Of a stretch of DNA of 64,000 nucleotides, positions 1 to 13,000 are shown piece after piece. A program made the position numbers and the translations under genes. This DNA comes from Lingula anatina (lineage: Eukaryota > Animalia > Brachiopoda): the NCBI GenBank assembly GCA_051362555.1, contig CM120641.1, positions 14,322,001-14,386,000 on the forward strand, given 5' to 3'. Position 1 is the stretch's first letter. The number at the start of each line of letters is the position of its first letter. The notes under the pieces were generated by a model, which did no database searches, was not told the DNA's origin, and was given only the letters and a program-made list of their open reading frames with translations.

Positions 1-1054
1 ACGTGGCATGTTGAATATTACATCGTATGAAATCGGTGCAGAGTCGAGGGGAAACACCTGGTACACTTAATTAAACAAGAGATTCTATAATCAAGAGTTT
101 ATTATGCTTAGCGAAGCTTGTTATTTAGCAGAAACTATCATGCACTATGTACTGTCAAGCACCAAGTACGTAAAAAATTACAATTGTACATATTGTTAAA
201 GCGTGTTTAATATCATATTACATCCACCATTTCTGTGAAAACATATAAAAAGAAGTAATTATAAATCTGTTCTATAACCATAAAAACGTCATGAAGCGTG
301 ACAGTTAGCTCATTATACGCGACTATGAACCGTATGAAAGAACCGTTCAATTCTAAAACAAAAGACTCGCCATACGAGCTCCATGAACCAGTACTAGTCC
401 AGTGACACTTGAATGTACGCACTTACGGGGACATGCGAGTTGTAATGGACGATTATAAATGGAGATATTTTTAGCAAATATGATGGGTCGACTCTATTGA
501 ATATGGAAATACTGATCAGACCACAACCAATAGCTATAAGGAGCCTTTCACTAAGCTAAGGCGCAGCGACTGTTAAACGAATTGTGCAAATAGCATTCGG
601 CATGTTTTATAGATAGACTTCAAAAATACATTATACAGACACTAGAATTATCGACGTTTCTCTCAAGGTTCATTAGATCATTTAAGCGCTTGGCAAATCA
701 TATCGGCTTTCTAGAAATTTATCACAGGCCGTGATTTAGATGTTGTCAAGACGAAAAACGACTCACGTCAAGCCAGGCAATGAGAAAGTAATTTGTTGCC
801 GCGTCACAAGGGTGAATTTCGACAAGCTATTGACAGGGAATTCAAACGGGTATTGATCTAAGTTTTCATTAATTCCTGCGTTTCTCTTGGCCGTGTGTAC
901 AGGCACAGATAAGGCAGCATTACATGCAAGACATTTCCTGCAGCCATAGATTGACATTAGAGCGCGCTCGCTGCGACATGTCGTATTATACATATGCGCT
1001 TTACAGCAGACATAGACGTTTGATTTACGTCATGTTGACGTCCACAACGTGCTC

Positions 1055-4000
1055 ATGCTCAAAGTTAATAACGAGAAACGTTTGCAGATTATGAAAACCC
1101 ATGTCCTTCGCCGGCTGAATATAAGCAACGACGGGTCTACGGGGAAAGACTGGAAGGTTTTTTTATGGGTTTGGGTGTTGACATTTACTTTTGTTTGTGC
1201 TTATATCACACCCGTGGTTTCGGCATTGTGCACGCCTTGCCCCGACACCTGCAAATGTAACGTTACGCCTGGCAGACAGTGTGACATCGACTGTTCTTTC
1301 GCCGGTTTGACCACTCTCTCCTCTGCGCTAGAATTCCCCTCTACCGAGGTCATCTTCAGAATGTAAGTATCGCTCATTGGGAATAGAACGTTTTTTTTTC
1401 TGTTATATCAACTGTGTAACCTATGGCAGAATTTCTACAAACTCATTATACTCCCTAAACTACTCAGCTACGTATGTTTTATTATAGGCGTAAAATAACA
1501 TACTGCTCTGGAGTTTTTATGCCCCCCCCCCCACCAGCTCAAATACCCCCCTTCCCAGTTCATCTCCCCGCTGTAAATATCAGTTGCAATGATTATTAAC
1601 ATAGTGTTGATATGTAAATATTGTTTTTGCCTGACACTTTTCATCTAAAGTATAGGATTTATGCGTCATGTCGAAGGTCAAGACGTTCGTTGATGTAAAT
1701 ATTCTAATAGTGTGCAGATAAGAAACGTAATTTGTAAAGGTAATTTGTGATAACACTATATTAATCTGTGCCGACAACCATGGCAGCCTTTTTCACACTA
1801 AACTGTTTCTGTTGATATTGTGATATGCGAGTAGGCTTTTCTTCCAATTTCGACATATAGTCCTTAGTTCGCCAGCCTTCATCCTCATTCTCTCTCTCTC
1901 TCTCTCTCTCTCTGAAATACCGCGTTCGTAAAACAGCCATTCATCACAAAACATCTATTTGGACGGAATCAGCGCAGCGCTGTGATATTGAAAATATGCT
2001 CCTCGAGTATGACTCTATAGACTGCGTTATTAATAAGCGCATTTCCGACAGCTGATGTATTAGTTTGTGGAGAATAATCTGGATTAGTATCAGTGTGCAG
2101 ACATCACCACGAGGGTTATATTTACAGTTCACTGATATGTATGAAGAAATATATCAAAGTTATCTTTTATTATATGTCACACTGCTGGAAATTATTCTTT
2201 ACACAGTCAATCCCCCCTCCCTCACCAAAAACGGAACAAATAAATAGGTGATAAATATTATGATAAATATGCACGCATAACACAAGACAGCTGATTAAAA
2301 TATAAGCATTAAGTTCTTTTTAAAAGTAGACATTGAATATAATTGAAAATAGCTACAATGCACATTCCATGACCATATTCGCACTGATTACAAAGCTTGA
2401 GGCCATCTTCGGTTTTCCAGATATTTAGCATTTTTCCAAAGCGGCTACTGAATCCAACAGAGTGGCCATTTTCCTATACTGATTTATTTGTTTGTTTGTT
2501 TTCGTTGTAAAATATCCAAATTAATACATCCCAACTTTGAAGTAATGATTGTTTATCGATGACAAGCGATTTGCCATTGTTTTGTACTGAAAATACAGTA
2601 TCTGTATACCACAAAAGAGATAATTACAAGTAGAGAATACAAAAATTTGTCAATGTGGCAGAAATATCCCTTGCCATTAGAAAACAGTGAATTATGTTCT
2701 TATTCATGTTGAAAATACTTCAAAATTGATAAAGAATTATTGCACTTTTACATTGTGTAAGTAAATAATATTTTTTCAATTGCATCTCTCATTCTTAATT
2801 CGATAGACGTAAACAATTTCACTTGTGATACATTTATATGAAAGACAGTTGATAAGTAACGCATTAAAACAGGAGTAAAGTATTCAACTGTCAAATATCT
2901 ACATTGGTCACTGAGTGCGGTTTCATATATAATTTACTCTGAAATCCCCCCCCCCCAAAAAAACGAATTTTATTTCTGTTTCTACCCGAGATACATCAAA
3001 AGTAGCTTATTTAGATGAAGCAACGGTCGCACTAAAAATTAGCCATTTTCTACCTTTAGTAAAATAGGTCGAACATTCACAATTAAATAGACTATTGACA
3101 TTCACAATTAAATGGACTATTGCTGTTTTTTTTTTGTTTTTTTTTGGATCGAGGCTAGCAAGACTAACAGTCTTTAAGACGAATTCGCCGTGTTTTGATG
3201 AAATCGGTTTCAGCAACTACACGTTTCACACCAAAATAAGAACATGTACGTCTGATGATAAACGGGAATGAAAAGTAGCAAATATCAGTTTGCTCAACAG
3301 ATTTCCATTTCAATACATATTTAAATGATATGTTGAAATAAAAAAAAAATCATAACGGGTTAGTAAGGGGGCGACATGAGAATAATTAGGTCGTGCAAAT
3401 AGCCGGTTCCACAATGACAAAAACTTCATTAAAAATATACTTCATAAGTCATCGTATCTGTCATTCGTGAATTTCGAATAATTAAGATGTTGTCCCCTTT
3501 GAAAATAATTTTGAACAGTTTCATTTTATTTGGCAGGTATCAGTGGAAAACACATCTATTTTGGCAACATGTACAATTTCTAAATTGTCCCCATCGGACT
3601 TTTTTAACAGTTTGTCGTAGTTAATATTGCATAATTTTGATCAAGAAACTGTACATATCTGATGACAAGACACAGAAAATGAAGCTGCCCATCATTAATT
3701 GCTACTAAGAGAAATTAAAAAAACGTTATCATATACTGACACACTGCACAATGTAACCCCCTTTAAAGTGGTTTATGTTTGGAAGTTGCTGGGCACTGAT
3801 TCTTCAGCATATCGAGCGTGTCTGCCACCGGAAATTTACTCATGTATACCTCATGATTCAAACGCAACTTTTTAGTATTTCTTTGACCAAGAGCTATTTG
3901 GCCACATCAACCTGGGTGGTGTATAAAAAAGGCACCGTGTAATTTACCGTGATTTCTGAAGCGATTTCTAAATAACGATTAATCAGACCATGATCGTAAA

Positions 4001-7000
4001 GGTCAAAGAGTGCAAAGCACCATTTTTTACATTTTACTAAAGAAGCACTGTGTGTGCTTTTTGGGGGGCAATTGATGTTTTAGTTTTAAATTGTATGATT
4101 TGGTGCATTTGATCCATCTGATAAATATGACGTTCTTATCATGTTTAAATAATTCTGTTATTCCAAAAACTAAAAATTAATCTGACTTACAAAATATCGC
4201 CATGTGGTTCTGGTTGACAGATTATAAAAGAACAACTTTAAATGGCGCCTACTTATTATTGAAAGACGGTATGTATGACATTTTATTTGAATACTCAAGA
4301 ACTTTCATGTAATGTCCGCCTTTCTGCATGATAATCGTTTGTCCGTTACACAAACAAGGTGTTTCAACTTTTTCATGTGGTTGTGGTTTACAGATTATAA
4401 ACGAACAACTTTTAATGTCCGTGGTAATTCTAGAAATGGAAGAACTTGTAATTTGCTGAGATAAAAGTCCCTTGCGGTTCATGTCAAAGAAAAAAATGCC
4501 CAGTCTACTTGATAATGTTGAATAAGAACTCGCAGGTCAAATATTTGACATGTCAAATGAACTGGTCGGCCAAACTAATCAATCTCTTTTGATTAATTTT
4601 CTTGCAATATTTGGCGCCTACTTATTACTGAAAGACAGTATGTATATCGTTTTTTTTTATACTCAAGAACTTCCCTGTAATGTCCACCTTTCTGCATGAT
4701 AACTTTTTGTCCTTTACACAAACAAGGTGTTTCAACTTTCTCTATAGAATTTAAATACTAATAGTTGTATTGTACTGATATCACTAGATGCACCGAGTCC
4801 AAAAAAACTTGCGGAAAGTGAACAGAAAACGTGTGCAGAGGCGTTTACTATAGTGATAATAGTGGAATTATCCGAGATAGCTTCGAGATTAAGACGAGAG
4901 TGGAGTCAGAAATAATGGCAGACCAACAAGCACTGTGCGACAACGAATAAAAGACGACCGAATTTATCAACTGCTATTTTTCTGGTGGTTTTCCTCTTAA
5001 CTTCCGTCGAACAACAATCGTATTGCACAATATGTTTTGGATGTCATTTTGTATTGCTTCCTAAAAGAAATTTGCAGTGCATAGAATTTGAGACATAATT
5101 AACCCCACCGGATTCTTGTAAGCTTGTTAGTTTCGTATGGCGTCATGCAGTGCCGAAGCTCGATTTCGGCTACATGTATCTCGGATGATTCCGGGATCTA
5201 GTTTATATAAAGTTTCAGTTTTACCTTTATTAAACTTTATTTCATGCCAGTTCGAAATAGCGTCTGCACAAATATTAGCAAGACCTCGCATTTCAAACAA
5301 CTGATTTAATTGATTTTGCTTAATTTGCAAATATTGATAGTAAACAGAAACCGATAAGCCTATAATAGAAATCCTATATAAATAAAACCTGTTGTCTTAT
5401 TTGGATTCCATGCAGAATTTAGTCTTAGACGGCATTCCACAAATAGACATATCCTAAGGTCAAAAGGCGTGGATCAATTTGTCTTCCGTGAAAGTTAATT
5501 TAAAAAAGAACAAAAAATATTTTAAAAGCTGAAAATGCCAGGGACTCCAGCGGACCCCAGGGATGTTTAGGTAAATATCGCATCTATTCACCTTGTCTGC
5601 GTGAAAAACCTCCAGGTCGATCGACGTCCAGTGAATCTGTTATTGGTTCAGTTTAGACTACATATGCACAGCAAATTGCCTGTAATGCACTAGGGAATCG
5701 AACCTTCTTATGGTCACTTTTTCTTATAATCATTTTCCATGTCACGTTCCAATAAGAAAAATAAAAAGTACCGAAAGATAGTGTGTAGGCCTACATGGAC
5801 ATGGCGAGAACGTAAATGTTTTTGACAGAGCAAGGGGACAAATTATTGGTGCAAAACATTACATGAAACAGAGTTTAATTTCGGTGGGCCTTATTGCCTC
5901 AGGTCAACTCCACCATATCCATTGCTTAAAAAAAAAACTGTAGAAGACGTTTTCTGTATATCAATGCTTTTTTCAATTTTGGTGGCGCAGAGATTTCATT
6001 CTATTTAAAATGAAAAGTTAAGATTATTAGGCCTATCTCTCGCCCTTACTGACTACAAGTGTGATCTGGTGCTATTTTTTTTTATTTTACTTCTGATGAT
6101 GGAGTTTGATGTTTTAAACATGACGTATTTCATTTAAATAGACCCCTAAAGTTTACCAATTACAAAATGCGTTTTATATTAATGAAAAACAAAAATCGTC
6201 CTGCACGCCTTTGCCTTTCAGGTTAATATCGAGAGTTTACTGTTTAGTGTGCTTAATTGATTCAGAGATAACCTTTCAAAATATGTTGAAAGTTCTCAGA
6301 TGAATTGTTATTTTTCATGAACCATCAGGGATTTTATTTTTATTTATTATTAAATTTTTTTAAAATAACATTTCTTTAAATTTACTTCAGTATTTAATAT
6401 AATCTTAATTTAGAAAAATATTATACCATAGTGTGAATAGGGCGTCTAATATCTTGGTACATATATGCTAAATCAATTCTATTCCTTATTTTTGAAGGCT
6501 CTGAAAACAAATTTTCTTGATACCTACTTCGATTTTGAAACAAGCACTTTCGTTCTCCCTGTTGTCTCCGTGAGATAGAGGGCAGCACCACGTACTAAGG
6601 TTTGATATTATCTTGTGACCCAATTAAATGCGTTTGCGGGAGATGCGTTTTCGGCGTAAGAACGTTCGGCCACGGTTAGTCAAGTACCATTAAATTGTGT
6701 GTTTTACATGCTTGCTAAAAGTCACCTCTTTGCTGTTGTTTTTGTAGAAGTGGAATTGATTTTGCCTTAGAAATGTGAAAAGAAAATATAACGTACTATA
6801 GTCTGAAAGATGTTACTGTTTTCACGCGTGCCTTCGTTGACGAACCCAATTTTTTATTGATGTTAAGGAGGTTAATAAAGCACGTATGTGTGTTCATAGA
6901 CGAGAACTCGACTTAAATATCGACTTGGTTTTAAGTCTTACTTCACATACCAGGAGAGCAAATTTTTTTCCCGGTAATTATTAAAACGATCCATGCACAC

Positions 7001-10000
7001 ACAAAAGATACCAGTTTTATGGATTCCCTTAGCGTTCTAGAAACAAAAATGAACTCACAAAAATGCAAGCCACATGAGGCGATCAGCTTAACCTCAATTT
7101 AACTAAAGTGTCCTCATAGGTGTACATGCACATCTAACCCTAATCAAACCACAGACTACTGACGTTTGTCCCCTACTTCCTTATCAGAATCTGCACCATA
7201 ACATACATGTACTGTATTAATTCCATTTAGAATACTCTGGTCTACCGTCCCTATAACTTAGAAATGTTGCCACTAAAATGATGTACGATACCCAGAATGA
7301 ATGTACTGAAAAGCAACATGAAGAAAAGTGAGTCATTGTACAGGTAGTTAGATTGTTGAAATATGATCTGGTATTTTAAAGTCATCAAGTCTACCCATAT
7401 GAAAAGCATGTCTTTTGGCTCAAACTGTAAATATATATTGCAAATTTTATCTACCCCAAGAAACTTCTTGGGATGTCTAGACTTTCTATAGTTTAAAAAA
7501 TTGCAAATCATGGTTGTAAAGATAAAACTAAATAATTGTAGTGATATGGTATCAGGTTTTGTATATAACTTGTACCTGAATGTTATAAAGACGAGCACAT
7601 ATTTTGATATCCAACACACATATCACTTGAGTAAACAGATCCACAGGGAAGAGATATAATGCTGTATTTGATTGAACCCTAAATAACATCACTGTAATTT
7701 CTTGCTAACCTCTATCACAGTAGTCCACTGTCTTCTTAAAAGTATTTCTTTTTGCTTTAACATAAGGGTGACTGTTTTTATTCTTATTAGATTTCCACTA
7801 AAACCAAAAAGGCTTGGGATGACTTTTTTCTAAAAAAAAAGGTAGTTTTCTTATATTAAGGATCTTTGATTTTACACAGATTTATTTATGTTCGGGTGTA
7901 CAATGTATGTTACAATAGCTCTTGTGGATCATGACTACAGAGTGTAACACACTTAGCTACCTGTAAAAACAGTTATGTGTCAATTAGGCTGGTTGTCTGT
8001 CTCGCACCAGATTGACTCAAGCTTAGGCAGCTCACTGTGTTTACCAGAAGATAAGCTGACTTTAGCCTAATTGTAAATTTTGTTTTTGCACACCTTAGGT
8101 ATCAGGACTTGATAAAGCCAGGGAGAGATAAGAACTAATTGTAATTTCTAAGTGTTGAAGCTCCATCTAGCAACTGTGTCTCTAGAGTATAATAATTGAT
8201 GATTTTGATTTTGTTGTTTGACAATTGTTAAGTAGGCATTTGGTGAAAGATTTTTTGCAGATTTAGTACTTTTCTTGTTTTGTGTCTTTGGCCAGTGAGA
8301 GTCTGTTAATCTATTGACTTTTTAGGTCTTACTTTCTGTCAAATTTTGTGGAGTCTGTTGCAAATAAATGTAGAATATAGGTATAATTATATACTACATA
8401 AAGCACATTCCCTGTCAAATGAAAAGGGAAAATTTGAAAACTAATAAAACATCCTTTACTTTTCATTTTCATTTTAGAGATTTGAGCAATAATCCATGGC
8501 ACTGTGATTGTCACTTGTTGTGGTTAAAGAAATGGCTGGACAGCTTGTCAGTCGTTACTGTCCACAACTTGGCTGGAATAAAGTGCTTCAGTCCAGACAA
8601 ATTAGACAAGAAACTACTGACTCAAGTGAAGGATGAGGAATTTATATGTGGTAGGGACTTATTTTAATCCTTGCAAAGAACCAATCACAAAATATAAAAA
8701 CCACCTAAATATTGAAGATAGATGGCAGATTTTTTTTACAGTGATTGTATGTACTGGGTATATCCAAACTTCCAAAGTATGTACTGTTATTAAATTTATC
8801 ACACTGCTGGTTGCCAGGATTATCAGAACTCTCCAAAGCAATTTAGGTATTTGTTATTTGCTTAATTCCTTCATTCTTTACTGTTGCTTTTGCTTTTCCA
8901 GTTTTGTATACTGTAGAAAGTACAGGAACTATGGTAATTAAAATAATTTCAAAACATCTCATTATTCTTTATCTATTTTAGAAGCCATTAGGAAGAAGCG
9001 GGCCACATGTGCACCATCGCCAAATCCAGACCAGTTTACAGGCAATTGTGGTGAGTGGAAGCTGAGGTGTAATATCTGATGTTCTCACCATCAGCATTTT
9101 TAAATGCTTAAAAGTGTTGATTTGATATTAAAAAATGGATATTTCATTACTGAAAGAATGACAATTAAAACTAATCAGTATGAAATATGAATATTTCTTG
9201 AATGATTGTATTTCTATTTTCAGACAAACTTGTTTTTTATATTGTAATTGAGAAAATTATGTAACTGTTTTTAAAGGAACAGCATTTTGTATTTTATTTT
9301 AAAAAACCAACAAAATAAAACAGATGCAGCAAATGATATCATTGTAACATTGTTTCTTGTAATTTTATTTCCATTTCCACTTCCAGGTAATTCTGACTTC
9401 CTCTCCTGCCTGTTGAACTCAACATCTTCTGTCACTGATCTTGTCCACTTCACCTCACTGGACTCCATCATTGACCAACCAGTGACCATTGGGTGTGAGA
9501 TCCATTGCTATGACCAGGGAGCTACCCATTGGACTGTGGTCAACACTGATCAGTGCCTGTGTGGCCATCTGACCACTCTCTCAGGATGCCTGTGTCCTGA
9601 TCTGATTCATAGCCCTGAACCAAATAGCGGAGATAATTTCTGCAGCAAACTATATGTTGGGGGCACAAAACAAGTCTTGTTGTATATAGTGGTGGATATT
9701 GCAGGAGGAAGGGCTTTGAGTCTGCAGGATGATGTGGCTTTTACTGTCAAGACAAACATCAGTCAAGTTGTGGAATATCAGTGGCACTTTGGTGACAGCA
9801 GTGACATTTTTGTGTCCCAGAACACTACTTTGTGGCACTATTACCTCGTACCAGGGCATTACAATGTCACTGTCACTTTGGTCACAGCAGGGTCAGATGT
9901 CACTGCCTGGACCATGGTGGAGGTATTTGACACTATCAGAGACACATTTTTGACATGTCCTGCAGCTGCCACAGCAGCCAGTGACATTGACATTAGGTTG

Positions 10001-13000
10001 ACAGTGGGCAGAGGAAGTCATGTTGGGGTGACTTGGAGCAGAGATGGGACTGACCTGGGAAGTAAGTAGTTGGCTCAATAGACAGCTAGGAATTTAAAAG
10101 GGGTTTTATTCTATATTTTATACATTGTTCACTGCAAAAAAATATACAACATGTCAAGGTTTCTAAAATATGTCTTGTGGCCATAAAAGAAGAAAACAAC
10201 TTTATTTTAGTTCATGCTTTGTATAGTTTTCTAGCTCAAATAACCTAGCTGAAATATGTGACATGAGAAATGATAATTTGGTATGGTGTCATTTAATATT
10301 TATTGCCACTATTACAACATATCAGTGTCATCCATCAAGTTCTGACATGTAATAATAATAATAATAATAATAATATTTATTTATAGTCTAAAATCCAACA
10401 TGTGTTCAGTAGACTTTACAAAAATTATAAAATTCAAATTGAAAGAAAAATATTGCTAATGGTTATAAGATGAAAGGATATATAAAATGGATAAAAAAGG
10501 GGAAATTTAAAACTATGACTAAGAACAGTTTTTCTTAAGAAGTGTTTTTTCAAGAATTTAAAGATAATATTGTTTAAAAAGGTGGGTTTTTAGTTACTTT
10601 TTAAAATGTCCAGGGTCCACAATTTGTCTAAGACTGATGGGTAAAATTTTCCATTCTTTTGGTGCTGCAAATTTAAAAGCTTTATCACCGTATGATACTT
10701 TATCACCGTATGACGTGTGTGTACCTACGTCACAGTACTTAGTTTCATTTACAGAAGATTCCACCAATTATGGTACAAATATACATATTAAGCCGAACTG
10801 TAAACTGTATTTGTCCATTTCAGTAACCTCTACCAGTGCTGCCACCTATGTCATAGGGACAGCAGTGTTTGAGGATGTAGTGAGTCAAGTGCAGGTCCTG
10901 AGTGGTACAACTAAGCAAGTCACCATGCTTCCTAAAACTGTTACTATTTTCCCAGGTAATTACTGATACTCCCCCAAACTGTACTTTTTGTGCAAAGTTT
11001 CTGTAGCCTGCTGTGCATCTGTAATGAATCTTTTTATGTTCCTTGTTAACTTTTCAACTACATGTACATGTAGGTTTGGGTTGTGTGTTACATTTTTTAT
11101 CATTTATATTACAAATGTCCTCATTCATGAAAAAAGGAAAACTAAGTAGTTGGCAACTATTTTAAAATAATGTTTGATTATATTTAAGAACAGTTTTTAT
11201 TTTCAAGCAATTTTAACAAACCTCGTGTTTTAGGATACTGGTTTCAGTCAAATGGAAAATTAAGGAATTGGGAATTTTATGTAGAAAGGGTAACTATGGC
11301 AACTAGGCTCCATCTCCAGGTATATAGACCAAGCTGTCCAACTGGGCAGACTTTAATACCAGCTGGTAAGTGGTGCAGAGTCGAAATGATAATATAATTC
11401 AGTTGCAACTTGACAGTAATGAACTGAAGATTGTTTTTACTATCCTTCATTTTTTTTTTTTTTTTGCTGTTTGGCTTTTTTGTACACTTAATTATACTAG
11501 TGAGTGATCAAGTTTGAGTTTATTCTTAATCTATTGGCTCATGCTAGCATTATCTTTTTTAATTAGGTATGATTAGATGGAATTTCTCCAAACAGAAAAT
11601 CACAACATATCAACTTTCCTAACCCAAAGGTGGTGAAAAAGGCATGCCACTTGGATTCAGTGCTTTGATCAGTCAACATGTCCTGTTATACACTTGTATT
11701 TCCCCATTATTTTTTAGGCTGTGATACACCATATGCTGCCTGTGTTGTATCTCCCCCCTCCTGCACATCTCAAGCCAGCTCCAACTGCTCTGTTGGAACA
11801 CAGTACTGCCCCTTGTCTCAGACTTGTAAGCCAGCCATGGAGCCTTGTAGCTGCATAACAGTCTCAGGAGTGGCTTCTTGCACTGGTAGCCATAATATTG
11901 GAAAAAGAGCAGCTGGTGATGCAGGTGTTCAAAAATTGAGAGAAAAGCGATCATCCTACAGAGAATTATATAGAGACATTTTATTAAATAAATTATGGGC
12001 TTCCAAACAGAATACAAGCATAGTTGGGACCACCGTCCGTTATGCTTCATCCAATGTAGATATTTTCAGTGCCAAAATCAACCCATCCATATCATCACAT
12101 ACACACCTTTCATCAATACACTCTTCCTATGAACGCAGGCACAGGCGTGCCGCAGCTTCACCTCCATCATTTCGTTTTCATGGAGATCAACCATTTTACA
12201 AACTAATTGGAGAAACAGTTTTGGCCTTGAACCCAGGTAGTAAGGGTCATTTCCAGGTGGCAGCACAATCACTAGAAGTGAAATCTGGAGATGTTCTGGG
12301 ATTTGAGCACGATTATAGCATTAGCTTGATAAAAAGTGAGACTGAAACCTCTTCCATTTGGCAACAAAGTAGTCTGAGTGTTGCAGGGCAATCTGTGGAG
12401 TGGACAAACATAAATGGAGCACCTCAGCATTTTAGAACAAATGCAGAATGGAAGGATGGACATGTGAGTTTTGTGAGAGCCATGTATGAAGAACTTGCTA
12501 TACACCAGGCACCTGTAGTTCTTAGAAAGGCTTCTAACTTTTCTGGAGGTATGCAATCAGTAGGGGTCAGTCTCCGTAATGGTCTCTCCAGCATCAACCA
12601 TTCTTGTATAATAGACATTCAAGAAAACATTGTCAACTTCAGATTGGTGCAGCCTTTACATAGTCAACCAGGAATATCATTAAATTCAAATGGGACTGTT
12701 GTTGTTGAAAGAAACGCTCCAAATTATTATCTCTTCAAAGTTGATGCTGGATCTAATATCACAGCCAACTGGTCCATAGATGGCATTTTGAGCAGCTTTG
12801 GATCCCATTGTCCAAGTGCTCTATCTTCCCATGTAGATTGTATTGCTTCATCTGGCACTCAGTCTTTTACTGCCAGACAATTATCATTCATTACACCTAC
12901 TAGAATAAAAGTGACAGCAAAAAACAGTATTAGTTCTCATGTATACTCAGTTGACATAGAAGTTGAAGACAAAGTTCAAGGGCTTCAGGTTTCTCGACAG

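Noticed and set aside
6221-6303. Candidate LRR exon (..TFQNMLKV..) in PKD1 intron 1
   Set aside because: No LxxLxLxxN pattern, no suitable phase-2 donor, runs into a stop
6571-6587. CTCF-like TAGAGGGCAGC
   Set aside because: Partial match lacking the 5' CC core; expected by chance or from transposon remnants
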